Assembly (NCBI GenBank): GCA_001029775.1
Contig: CP011215.1
Span: forward strand, 357,722 to 421,721
Direction: 5' to 3'
Length of the DNA stretch: 64,000 bases
Origin: Candidatus Campbellbacteria bacterium GW2011_OD1_34_28
GTDB lineage: Bacteria > Patescibacteriota > Minisyncoccia > Phycocordibacterales > UBA12079
Shown here one piece after another: positions 8,484 through 18,398 of the stretch. The first letter of the stretch is position 1. The number at the start of each line of letters is the position of its first letter. Made by a program: the position numbers and the translations under genes. Below the pieces are notes generated by a model. The model did not search any database and was not told where the DNA came from. It was given only the letters and a program-made list of their open reading frames with translations.

Positions 8484-8800
8484 TAAAAAGGTGTAAGGAA
8501 TAAGGTATAAGTAGTAAGTGGGCGGGAAATTTGCTTCGCAAATTTCCCGCCCTGTTCGTTTCTAAATTTTAATATAATTCGTCTTTGCGAGCGAAGCGAA
8601 GCAATCCACGTCGTTCGTCGTGTTTTAAAAATTATTTCATTAAAAATTGTTTATAAATTAAAAATTATAAATTAAAAATTATAAATTAAAAATTTTAACT
8701 CCTATTTTCTAAATTCTCACTACTTACCCCTCACACCTTTCTCCTTACCCCTTACTACTTAGAGTTAATATGTTATAATCCAATTCATATAATTAAACAT
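8484..8800. repeat. Composite MITE-like repeat region with ~40-bp imperfect inverted ends
   Basis: 8492-8520 is the inverted complement of 8715-8760. Interior holds the hairpin gggcgggaaatttgc-ttcg-caaatttcccgccc, repeat family A (8581-8610) and a 14-bp AT tandem repeat x3 (8650-8695). Confidence 0.45.
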
Positions 8801-8803
8801 ATT

Positions 8804-10222
8804 ATGGAAAAATATAAAGCTACAATCGGTTTGGAAATCCACGCGGAATTAAAGACAAAGACAAAGATGTTTTGTGATTCCAAGAATGATCCAGACGAAA
8901 CAAAACCCAATGTAAACATTTGTCCTGTGTGTATGGCACATCCAGGGACTTTGCCTGCGATAAATAAAACCGCGGTAAAAAGTGTTTTGAAAGTCGGACT
9001 GGCATTGAATGGAAATTTGGCAGATTTTACAGAATTTGATAGGAAAAATTATTTTTATCCAGATATTCCAAAAGGTTATCAGATCAGTCAGTACAAATAT
9101 CCTCTTGTTTCAGGAGGAGAATTAAACGGGGTTAAAATTACCCGTGTTCACCTAGAAGAAGATACCGCTAGATCTAGTCACGACACAGCTGGGCACAGTT
9201 TGGTTGATTACAACAGAGCAGGTATTCCGTTGATGGAATTGGTTACAGAACCTGTCGTAGAAAATGCACAACAAGCAAGAGACTTTGCAAAAGAATTGCA
9301 ACTTCTTTTGCGATATTTGGGAGTAGCAGAAGCAAACATGGAAAAGGGGGAGATGAGAATAGAGGCAAATATTTCTGTTAGCGATACTGAAAATTTTGGA
9401 ACAAAGGTAGAGGTAAAAAATCTCAACTCTTTCAAGGTGGTTGAAAAAGCGATTGAGTATGAAATAAAAAGACAGATAGAAGCAATTGAAAATGGAGAAA
9501 AAATAATTCAAGAGACGAGAGGTTGGGACGAGAACGGACAAAAAACTTTTTCACAAAGAATGAAAGAGGGTTCTGCTGATTACCGATATTTTCCTGACCC
9601 AGATTTACCAAAATTAAAAATAAGCGAGATACCAGAATTTTCAAAAGAAAATTTGAAAAAAGAAATTTCAGAATTGCCAAAAGAAAAAAGAGAAAGATAC
9701 ACAAAAGATTATGGAATCAAATCAGAGGATTTGGAGATGTATGTTACTGACAGCGAATTTGGAAATTTCTTTGAGGGAGTAGCAAAAGAATTGAAAGGGG
9801 ATAGAGACTTGATCAAGCTTGCTTCAAATTATATTACATCGGATGTTGTAGGATTGAAAAAAGATTCTTCAGTAATTGGGTTTGGAAAAATTGAAATAAG
9901 TACTTTTGCAGAATTGATAAAAATGGTCGGAGAAGGAAAAATTTCTTCTCGTGGAACAAAAGATATTTTGAAGATTATGTTTATCGAGGGAGGTGCTCCA
10001 AACGAGATAGCTGAGAAAAATAATTTACTTCAAAAGAGTGATGAGGGAGAGTTGGAAAAAATTGTTTTGAAAATAATTGAAAACAACAAAACGGTTGCTG
10101 ATGAATTTAGATCAGGCAAAGAAAGCTCTCTGCAATTTTTGATTGGGCAGGGGATGAAAGAAACGAAAGGATCCGCCAACCCAAAAATCCTAACAGGTCT
10201 ATTCAAGAAAAATTTGAAATAA
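8804..10222 (+). CDS. gatB: Asp/Glu-tRNA(Asn/Gln) amidotransferase subunit B
   Basis: GLEIHAEL..., CPVCMAHPGTLP; 472 aa. Confidence 0.93.
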   Translation: MEKYKATIGLEIHAELKTKTKMFCDSKNDPDETKPNVNICPVCMAHPGTLPAINKTAVKSVLKVGLALNGNLADFTEFDRKNYFYPDIPKGYQISQYKYPLVSGGELNGVKITRVHLEEDTARSSHDTAGHSLVDYNRAGIPLMELVTEPVVENAQQARDFAKELQLLLRYLGVAEANMEKGEMRIEANISVSDTENFGTKVEVKNLNSFKVVEKAIEYEIKRQIEAIENGEKIIQETRGWDENGQKTFSQRMKEGSADYRYFPDPDLPKLKISEIPEFSKENLKKEISELPKEKRERYTKDYGIKSEDLEMYVTDSEFGNFFEGVAKELKGDRDLIKLASNYITSDVVGLKKDSSVIGFGKIEISTFAELIKMVGEGKISSRGTKDILKIMFIEGGAPNEIAEKNNLLQKSDEGELEKIVLKIIENNKTVADEFRSGKESSLQFLIGQGMKETKGSANPKILTGLFKKNLK

Positions 10223-10344
10223 TTTGATATAACGAATCCGATCCACCCGTCTTTGCGAGCGACAGCGAACTTCGGATTTTTTAGGCAAAAAATTCGGAGC
10301 AATAAATCTAGATTTGTAATTTGTAACTTACAATATAAAATCAA

Positions 10345-10635
10345 ATGAGAGAAAAAACCGCCTATGTTTATATAATGGCAAGTAAGAAAAACGGAACATT
10401 GTATACGGGCGTAACATCTAATTTAGAAAAAAGAGTTTGGGAACACAAAAATAATATTGTAAAAAGTTTTACACAAAAATACAATGTTCACAATTTAGTT
10501 TATTTTGAATTCGGAGAAAATATTTTATCTGCGATAGAAAGAGAGAAACAAATTAAAAGTGGCTCTAGAAAAAAGAAAATAGAATTGATTGAAAAAGATA
10601 ATCCTGAATGGAATGATTTATCAAAAAACTTTTGA
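10345..10635 (+). CDS. GIY-YIG nuclease family protein (96 aa)
   Basis: YVYIMAS..GTLYTGVTSNLEKRVWEHK GIY...YIG motif. Confidence 0.8.
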   Translation: MREKTAYVYIMASKKNGTLYTGVTSNLEKRVWEHKNNIVKSFTQKYNVHNLVYFEFGENILSAIEREKQIKSGSRKKKIELIEKDNPEWNDLSKNF

Positions 10636-11165
10636 TGACGTGGATCGCGTCGGCTTCGCCTCGCGAAGACGATCCGCACGAACAACGTGGACCTGCCTCT
10701 TTTCTGAAAGAAAAGCAACGACACGGCGAGGCAGGTTGTTTCATTGCGTTCGCAATGACAAATTTCTAAAAGAAATTTGTCACCTTCGTCGTCATTGCGA
10801 GCGTAGCGAAGCAATCCATCATGAACTGTTTGTCCGAAATTAATGGACGTGGACCTGCCTGCCGGCGAGGCAGGTCGCTTCGGCTTCGCCTCGCGAAGAC
10901 GACCCGCACGAACAACGTGGACCTGCCTGCCGGCAGGCAGGTCGCTTCGTCGCTTCGTTGCACTCCGCTTCTCGCGAAGACGAAGCCACGTCGTCATTGC
11001 GAGCGTAGCGAAGCAATCCAGGACGACGAACAACTCAAAATAAACGACGTGGATTGCTTCACTTCGTTCGCAAAGACGGAATTTCTCAAAACGAAATTCC
11101 GTCACCTTCGTCGTCATTGCGAGCGTAGCGAAGCAATCCATAACAACTCGGTCTTGCAAAGAAAA
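10636..11165. repeat. Dense cluster of nested palindromic repeats (families A, B, C); non-coding
   Basis: Three forward copies of cgtcgtcattgcgagcgtagcgaagcaatcca (10788, 10990, 11110) plus an inverted copy at 11045. A 48-bp unit is duplicated (10650/10880). cctgcctgccggcaggcagg palindromes. Irregular spacing. Confidence 0.75.
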
Positions 11166-11347
11166 ATTACTTTTTTGTTGTTCTAATTTTCAAAAAATAA
11201 AAAGTTATCCACATTTAAAAATATACTATTTTTCGTAGTCTAAAAAACCTATATTTTAAGCCATCTCGTTTAGACGAGATAAATTAAAATAAGGGTTTTT
11301 TGACGGTGAATTTTTTCAAATAAAAAGTTATTATTATAGTAATAGAG

Positions 11348-14300
11348 ATGAGGGAAGAAATTATTTTAAATAGTAAAAAATTTCTCTCACTGAAAACTGC
11401 TGCGAGAGAAACAAACTATACCAATGACTACATTGGTCAGCTTTGTCGTTCAGGCAAAATCAATTCTCAAATGGTAGGAAAAATTCGTTTTGTGGAAGAA
11501 GATTCCTTGCTTGAATATGTTAAAAAAGCGAATGGTTTTGTAGATATAAAATATGCAGATATTGAAAATATTGCTATCAAAAATAACAAGGATCTCGGCG
11601 ATTTCTCGTCTGTACGAGATACTGATTTTGCTCATTTCCGTCAAGACAAAGCCAACAGTTTGTATGTAAACATTTTTGAAACAGTTTTCTCTAAAAAAGT
11701 AGTTCATGTCTATATCGCAATACTTGTTTTGTGTGGATTGTTTTTTGGTAGTACTTTGGACATACAAGGAGGTTTTGCAAAAATAAAAAATAAATCTGCC
11801 GAAGGATTGGCAAAAATTGTCATGGGAGCAAAAGTGGCGTCTGACAAAATTTCGGAAACGACATTAGCTGTTGCAAATGGCGAGATTGATTACGAAAAAG
11901 TTTATAAAAATTACTCAAATTTTTTAGGAGAGATGTCCGTTGATTTTGCCGAAGGTGAAGTAAAGTATTTCAAAAATGTTACTGGTGTAGGTAGCAAAGT
12001 AACCGAAGCAATTTTTAATCCAAGCGATACTTTTGTAACAGTTAAAACAGAGACAAAAAAAATTCAGGGAAGTGTAGAAGAAATAATTTTTGGTGGTGTG
12101 ATTTATTTTGAAAATCTTTCTACTAATTTAATTCGTGTAAATGAAAAAATTTCTCAAAATGGTTTTGCACAAGAAAAAAATTTGGCATTGTTGAGTCAAG
12201 ACAGTTTTGGATTTACAGAAAAATTTGCAATTACTTGGTATAGAACGATATCAGGTTTTTTTAGTTCCGCTGAAAAAATAGCCGACAGCACGGACGAAGC
12301 TGACAGCGGACAGCTAACAACCAACAGCACAGACGAAGACGACTCGTCCGTCTTTGCGAGCGATAGCGAAGTAATCCAGGAAGAAGACGAAGCCAACAGC
12401 CAACAGCCAACAGCTAACAGCACGAACCAAAACACAACCATCGTTACAAACCCAATCAGAGAAATCATAAAAGAAACCGTTGTAGAAAGAGTTATCCAAA
12501 CATCAGGCGTCACACTGGAAGATCTACAAAAACTAAACAACGAACTCCGAAGTGAAATCTACAAACTCTCATCAAATACAAATGCTCAAATCACCAACAC
12601 CTACCAAGTCATCTCTGCTACTAACAACATCGACAATCTGGGTAGTGTCACAATCACCGACTCAAACATCAGTTCCTCAAATGTCTCAGGAACAGAACTA
12701 AGCTTTACCAACGGAACAATTCAAAACCTAACTGTCACAGGCACAGCTACCTCTACATACGGTGGCCCTATTTCTGCAACCAGTGGAACATACTCTGGCA
12801 ATCTAACCGTAACAGGCAACACCACTCTAAACACTCTTACCGTATCAGGAGACACAATCTTTGACACAGACACTCTTTACATCGATTCAATCAACAACCG
12901 TGTAGGCATCGGATCAACAACACCCACAGATACTCTTTCAATAAACGGAGCAACATACCTTGCACCAATATCAGCTCCATCAATCACAACCGACAGACTT
13001 TACAACATCTCCAATGATTTATACTGGGGTGGTAATCTTTTATCAGGTTCTGCCGTTGGTAATTGGACATCCAACGGAACAGATGTTTGGAGAGCATCAG
13101 GAAATGTGGGTATCGGCACATCATCACCATCTTCAGATTACAGACTATCTGTTCAAGGTAACACTTACATCAAAGGTAATCTTAGGGTAAACGGAAATAC
13201 TACAATTTCAGATAGCGGAGAATTAACAGTCGGAGACAAAGTTATCTCAGAAGGAGAAATCGGAGTTGGAACATCTTCTCCCTATGCCAAACTATCTATC
13301 CAAGGAACAACTGTTTCCACAACCACTTTTGGTATCTATGGTTTTGCAAATCAAACACAGTCTCTCTTTGATGTATATGACAATCCTACGAATAATTTAA
13401 ATGTGTTTAGAATCACGAGTGATGGCAGCGTCGGTATCGCTACATCATCACCTTTTAGAAAGTTGAGTGTAGAAGGTAGTGCGTGGATTAGTGGAGACTT
13501 AACAGCCAACAGTTTCACTGCTACTTCTTCAATGAGCGCTCCTTACTTTACTGCAACAGACTCAAGTGCAACAAGTACTTTTGCAGGAGGCTTGGCTGTT
13601 GGAACAAACAAATTTGTTGTTGATTATTCTACGGGAAATGTGGGGGTGGGGACGGTGAGTCCGGATCAAAAATTGGATGTAAATGGCTGGGGTCGTTTTG
13701 AGGGGGCTGGGTCTACAAATCGTAGTGATTCTGGTGCAATAGAGTTTTATAACAATAATGCTTCATCTCTTAATGTGCAAGCTCAAATAAAGGGTCTACG
13801 AGGTATAGGTTCATATAATTCTGGTCAATTGGGATTTTTCACTAGACTAGCGGGTACACTTTATGAGCGAATGACACTAGATGAAAACGGCAACGTCGGC
13901 ATTGGGACGATGGTGCCGGGATATAAATTGGATATTGCTGGTTCTGTGGCAGCCCCGACGACTTTACTTGTCCAAGCAGGAGGCATAACTGAAAATACTG
14001 GGAATGCTTTTCGTGTTTATAGAAACAGAGCTTCCTCTTCTACAAACGCTCCGTTAGTAGATTTTATAAATGATGCAGCAACGGATGACCAGCCACTTTT
14101 TAGACTTCAACAAGATGCACCAGCTGATATTCTCCAAGTTTTTGATGGAGCAACTCAAGTGTTTACAATCCTAGACGGCGGCAACGTCGGGATCGGCACC
14201 ACTTCACCTCTCGCAAAACTATCTGTCAAAGGAGCAGGAACAACCACAGGCATAAACTTCCAAACAACCAATTCGGCTGACACTCCGTTGGTGACTGTTT

Positions 14301-17300
14301 TGGATAGTGGGAATGTGGGAATTGGGACGGTGAGTCCGGGAGCGAAGCTTGAAGTTTTTGGCGACATGATAATAGGAGACGTGACGAATGGAAGCGTTTT
14401 TAGATATAATCCAACCACGAACACGATTGTGAACGGTGCACATGAAAATAGTATAGGTGTTGGTTCCTCAAATTCTATAATAGCTGCAGGAGGAGCTACT
14501 GCAAGTTCTAATATCAATAGTATTGGAACTGATTCTTACGTGACTACGATTAGTGGTGGATACGATAACACAATTGGAAATGACTCTCCTGCCGCAACTA
14601 TCAGCGGGGGTGCTCACCATCGAATAGATACAGGAGGAACACATGGAACAATAGGTGGTGGATCAACCAACACCATACAGGCCGGCGGAGATTATGGTTT
14701 CATTGGAGCAGGATTGAGTAATATTGTTGGAGGCACATATGCGTTCATAGGAGCAGGAAGCAACAATGTGGCTACAGGATTTAGATCTGCCGTCATGGGA
14801 GGTTATTCTAATGATGCAACGGGTCAATATGCCACCATTCCTGGCGGTTGGGGTAATGCCGCATCGGGTGATTATTCTTTTGCTTTCGGTTATAGGGCGA
14901 ATGCTGCCGCGACTGGCGTGGTTGTATTCAAAGATTCAGTAAACGCGCAATATACGGTTAATACAACTAATATGTTTGGAGCGAATTTCACAGGTGGTTA
15001 TCAGTTGCTCGGTGGTAACGTCGGCATCGGCACCACCTCACCTTTCGCAAAACTCTCTGTCAAAGGAGCAGGAACAACCACAGGTGTAAACTTCCAAACA
15101 ACCAATTCGGCTGATACTCCGTTGGTGACTGTTTTGGATAGTGGGAATGTCGGTATTGGGACGACGAATCCTGGAGCAATGTTGGAGTTATCTTCTATAA
15201 GTATTAATGGTTCAGTTTTACGTTTATCTAATAATAATAATACAATTGCCCAAGGTGAAGAATTAGGAAGTATAGAATTTTTTAGTGGAGATAATAGTGG
15301 TTCTTACCCAGATACAGTAAAAGCAAAGATTTTATCTCTCACTGAAGATTCTGTAAGTCGTGATGGAAATCTAGTTTTCAAAACTTCACTTTTGTCTGAT
15401 GCCTCACCAGTAGAAAGAATGAGAATAAATAGTAATGGCAACGTCGGCATTGGTTCCACCTCACCTTTTGCAAAACTATCCGTCAAAGGAGCGGGAACAA
15501 CCACAGGGATAAACTTCCAAACAACCAATTCGGCTAACACTCCTTTGGTGACTGTTTTGGATAGTGGAAATGTTGGTATTGGGACGACAGCGCCTAGTGA
15601 AAAATTAGAAGTTGCTGGAAATATTTTGTTATGGAATAGTGTCAATGATAATACATTAAGATTTAAAGATAATAATGTCGCTCACGGATTAACTGACCTT
15701 GTTTCTACATATATACATACTGAATTAAGAAATGAAGATGTGTCAGCAGGAGGAACAAGACTATTGGGGGTTACTGATCAGGATCTTGCCTCAGGAATTA
15801 ATTTGTATGGAGTGTTGGGTGTGACTGACCCAACTGATACTGTTCCTGCAATTAAAATTAATGGGGCAAAGAAAAACACTACTAATGTGCAATCTCTTGG
15901 AAACTTAGAAACAGTTTTTCAGGTTCAAAATAATACTTCCCCGTTATTGACTTTATTGGGAAATGGCAACCTCGGTATCGGCACCACCTCACCTTTTGCA
16001 AAACTTTCCGTCGTCGGAGATGTTGTTGCCGACTATTTCAACGCAACTTCAACCACAGCAACATCAACATTCGCTGGCGGTTTAACAGTGGGAACAAACA
16101 AGTTGGTGGTGGATAGGAGTACGGGCAACGTCGGAATCGGGACGGCGAGTCCGAGTCAAATGTTATCAGTTGGCGCAAGCAGTCAGTTTACGGTTACTTC
16201 AGCAGGTGTCGTAACCGGACAAAATTTTGCAGTAACCAGTGGGGCTTATGTAATAGATGTCAGTAACGGTTTAAGGTTGTATTCAAATGGTGGTCTGGGA
16301 ATAAAATTTACGACTTGGGATGGCAGCTATGTTGATAGGATGGTCGTTTCAACAACAGGTAACATCGGCATCGGCACCACTTCACCTTTTGCAAAACTTT
16401 CAGTAACAGGAACCGGAACAGGCACTGGCTCGGCTTTTCAAGTTGCCGATTCTGCCAACTCACCAAAATTTACTGTTTTGGATAATGGGAATGTGGGGGT
16501 GGGGACGGTGAGTCCGACTCAAAAATTAGACGTTAATGGAAATATTCATTTAGGATCCAGCGTTGATGATTTAACAACGAGAAATATATATTTGGCCTCC
16601 AATCGTTATTTAAGCCTTACTTCTACAGGGCTAGATGTTTCGAACTGGTATGGTTCCGATGGCAGCGCTCATAAAGTTGGGTTTAATGGGAAAGAAGTAT
16701 TGGTGGTTGGATCTAACGGAATTGTTGCTATAGGCAATAATATTAATGGCGGTCCTGGTGATTACATGCCTCTTGTTTTACAGGGAAATGAATCGGGCGA
16801 TGTATTAATTAAAAGCGATCAATATCAATGGGGCGTTGATACGCGTCCAATAAGAATAATTACAGATGACCCCTATGCCAATACCGGACAGACTTTAAAT
16901 GCTGGAAATATAGTTCTTCAAACAGGAATAGGGACAAATGGAGGAGCAACAGGAATAATAAAATTTGAAATTGGTGCATCTGGTTCTGAAAAAATGCGAA
17001 TTGACACTTCTGGCAACATCGGCATCGGCACCACCACCCCATGGAGAACTCTTTCCGTAAACGGAACAGCTGCTTTCACCGGTCTAACCAACGACGGAAC
17101 AGGTTATTACGCTTGTATATCAACCAACGGAGAACTAGCCACATCAACAACCGCTTGTGGAGCATCGTCAGAAAGATTTAAAACAAACATAAATGATCTA
17201 ACATACGGTCTAGACACAGTCCTTCAACTACGCCCTGTATCTTTCAACTGGAAATCAGACTTTATCAATTCTTCTTCAACTCAAATCGGATTTATTGCAG

Positions 17301-18079
17301 AAGAAGTTGATTTGTTAATCCCAGAAGTCATCGGACACGATGACAAAGGTAACATCATGAACCTTGATTATCCAAAGTTGACGGCGGTCTTGGTAGGTGC
17401 AATGAAAGAACTTAATACAAAAATCTCGGCTATTGCTTCTTCGACCCCAATCGTCTCAACAGGAATTGTTGATTCCGTTCTATCTCATCTAGAAAGTTTG
17501 GGTGCAAAATTTGTTGACGGTATTGCTTACTTCAAAGATGTTGTCGTAAAAACTTTGACAGCAGAAAAGGTTATCACAAATGGAATTGAGATGGTGGACG
17601 AAGTAACAGGAGAAATATATTGTGTGAGAATTCAAAACGGAGCGATGGTTAATATTGCGGGAACTTGTGATACAGCTAATAGCCAACAGCCAACAGCAGA
17701 ACCTTCAAACACCACTCCTCCCACAATAACAATCACAGGCAACAACCCAGCCGTAGTAGAAATAAACAGCAACTATATTGATCTAGGTGCTACAGCAGTA
17801 GACTATCAAGGAAACTCTCTAATAGTAGATACAATAGACGCAGATACAGTAGACACAACAACAGCAGGAGAATACACAGTTACTTACACAACATTTGATG
17901 GAACACTGACTTCAACAAGTACAAGAACAGTACTTGTTGAAGATTCAACAGCTGTAACAACAGAACCAGCAACGACAACAGAGCCAACAGCAACGACAAC
18001 AAATCCTGTGGTAGAACCGACAGCTACGACGACAGATCCAGTGGTAGAACCGACAGCGACAACGACAGAGCAGATTTAA
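11348..18079 (+). CDS. Giant (2243 aa) membrane-anchored fibre-like surface protein. Order: N-terminal HTH-like segment, TM helix, many GNVGIGTTSPxAKLxV and Hep_Hag-like beta-roll repeats, peptidase-S74 intramolecular chaperone domain, C-terminal Ig-like (DUF5011-type) domain and Thr/Pro-rich tail.
   Basis: Single uninterrupted ORF. The S74 motif is SSERFKTNINDL...PVSFNWKS...GFIAEEV...PEVI...DYPKLTAVLVGAMKELN. The Ig-like motif is ITITGNNPAVVEINSNYIDLGATAVDYQGN...GEYTVTYT. Confidence 0.85.
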   Translation: MREEIILNSKKFLSLKTAARETNYTNDYIGQLCRSGKINSQMVGKIRFVEEDSLLEYVKKANGFVDIKYADIENIAIKNNKDLGDFSSVRDTDFAHFRQDKANSLYVNIFETVFSKKVVHVYIAILVLCGLFFGSTLDIQGGFAKIKNKSAEGLAKIVMGAKVASDKISETTLAVANGEIDYEKVYKNYSNFLGEMSVDFAEGEVKYFKNVTGVGSKVTEAIFNPSDTFVTVKTETKKIQGSVEEIIFGGVIYFENLSTNLIRVNEKISQNGFAQEKNLALLSQDSFGFTEKFAITWYRTISGFFSSAEKIADSTDEADSGQLTTNSTDEDDSSVFASDSEVIQEEDEANSQQPTANSTNQNTTIVTNPIREIIKETVVERVIQTSGVTLEDLQKLNNELRSEIYKLSSNTNAQITNTYQVISATNNIDNLGSVTITDSNISSSNVSGTELSFTNGTIQNLTVTGTATSTYGGPISATSGTYSGNLTVTGNTTLNTLTVSGDTIFDTDTLYIDSINNRVGIGSTTPTDTLSINGATYLAPISAPSITTDRLYNISNDLYWGGNLLSGSAVGNWTSNGTDVWRASGNVGIGTSSPSSDYRLSVQGNTYIKGNLRVNGNTTISDSGELTVGDKVISEGEIGVGTSSPYAKLSIQGTTVSTTTFGIYGFANQTQSLFDVYDNPTNNLNVFRITSDGSVGIATSSPFRKLSVEGSAWISGDLTANSFTATSSMSAPYFTATDSSATSTFAGGLAVGTNKFVVDYSTGNVGVGTVSPDQKLDVNGWGRFEGAGSTNRSDSGAIEFYNNNASSLNVQAQIKGLRGIGSYNSGQLGFFTRLAGTLYERMTLDENGNVGIGTMVPGYKLDIAGSVAAPTTLLVQAGGITENTGNAFRVYRNRASSSTNAPLVDFINDAATDDQPLFRLQQDAPADILQVFDGATQVFTILDGGNVGIGTTSPLAKLSVKGAGTTTGINFQTTNSADTPLVTVLDSGNVGIGTVSPGAKLEVFGDMIIGDVTNGSVFRYNPTTNTIVNGAHENSIGVGSSNSIIAAGGATASSNINSIGTDSYVTTISGGYDNTIGNDSPAATISGGAHHRIDTGGTHGTIGGGSTNTIQAGGDYGFIGAGLSNIVGGTYAFIGAGSNNVATGFRSAVMGGYSNDATGQYATIPGGWGNAASGDYSFAFGYRANAAATGVVVFKDSVNAQYTVNTTNMFGANFTGGYQLLGGNVGIGTTSPFAKLSVKGAGTTTGVNFQTTNSADTPLVTVLDSGNVGIGTTNPGAMLELSSISINGSVLRLSNNNNTIAQGEELGSIEFFSGDNSGSYPDTVKAKILSLTEDSVSRDGNLVFKTSLLSDASPVERMRINSNGNVGIGSTSPFAKLSVKGAGTTTGINFQTTNSANTPLVTVLDSGNVGIGTTAPSEKLEVAGNILLWNSVNDNTLRFKDNNVAHGLTDLVSTYIHTELRNEDVSAGGTRLLGVTDQDLASGINLYGVLGVTDPTDTVPAIKINGAKKNTTNVQSLGNLETVFQVQNNTSPLLTLLGNGNLGIGTTSPFAKLSVVGDVVADYFNATSTTATSTFAGGLTVGTNKLVVDRSTGNVGIGTASPSQMLSVGASSQFTVTSAGVVTGQNFAVTSGAYVIDVSNGLRLYSNGGLGIKFTTWDGSYVDRMVVSTTGNIGIGTTSPFAKLSVTGTGTGTGSAFQVADSANSPKFTVLDNGNVGVGTVSPTQKLDVNGNIHLGSSVDDLTTRNIYLASNRYLSLTSTGLDVSNWYGSDGSAHKVGFNGKEVLVVGSNGIVAIGNNINGGPGDYMPLVLQGNESGDVLIKSDQYQWGVDTRPIRIITDDPYANTGQTLNAGNIVLQTGIGTNGGATGIIKFEIGASGSEKMRIDTSGNIGIGTTTPWRTLSVNGTAAFTGLTNDGTGYYACISTNGELATSTTACGASSERFKTNINDLTYGLDTVLQLRPVSFNWKSDFINSSSTQIGFIAEEVDLLIPEVIGHDDKGNIMNLDYPKLTAVLVGAMKELNTKISAIASSTPIVSTGIVDSVLSHLESLGAKFVDGIAYFKDVVVKTLTAEKVITNGIEMVDEVTGEIYCVRIQNGAMVNIAGTCDTANSQQPTAEPSNTTPPTITITGNNPAVVEINSNYIDLGATAVDYQGNSLIVDTIDADTVDTTTAGEYTVTYTTFDGTLTSTSTRTVLVEDSTAVTTEPATTTEPTATTTNPVVEPTATTTDPVVEPTATTTEQI

Positions 18080-18084
18080 TATAA

Positions 18085-18395
18085 TCCGAATGCCTCGAAT
18101 TAGAATCCGAATGCCCCGAATTTCGAATTAATCCGAATTATTAGGAATAAAATTCGTCTTCGCGAGCGAAGCGAAGCGATCCAGAACGACGAACGAACGC
18201 CGTGGATTGCTTCGGACTTCGTCCTCGCAAAGACGGACGGAAGACGAAGTTGGGCAAAGCCCAACTTCGTCAACGAATTTTCTTTCAGAAAATTCGGATG
18301 ATTCGGCAATTCGGAGCACCTGCCTGCCGGCAGGCAGGTTAGGATATAATTTGTAGTATTCGGATTATATTAAAAAATTAAAATTTAACAAAAAA
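18085..18395. repeat. Nested palindromic repeat cluster (AATCCGAAT/ATTCGGATT arms, inverted family-A pair, family-C palindrome)
   Basis: The inverted partners are visible in the sequence. The ORFs called here run through the repeats. Confidence 0.7.
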
Positions 18396-18398
18396 TAT

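Noticed and set aside
10636-11165. Possible CRISPR array (multiple copies of a ~30-nt GC-rich repeat)
   Set aside because: Copies occur in both orientations with irregular spacing (about 200 and 120 nt). The sequences between copies are themselves repeated or palindromic. No cas genes are present.
10500-11186. ORFs of 219, 121, 84, 66 and 65 aa in the ORF track over the repeat cluster (also 18100-18319)
   Set aside because: They read through palindromic repeats on both strands. They lack starts with an SD. They have Arg/Ser/Cys-rich repeat-derived composition (RHCERSEAIH...). These are artefacts.
11348-18079. Prophage, because the giant gene has a tail-fibre S74 chaperone domain
   Set aside because: No capsid, terminase, integrase or other phage genes nearby. 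It is flanked by gatB and gap. It is interpreted as a cellular fibre/adhesin.
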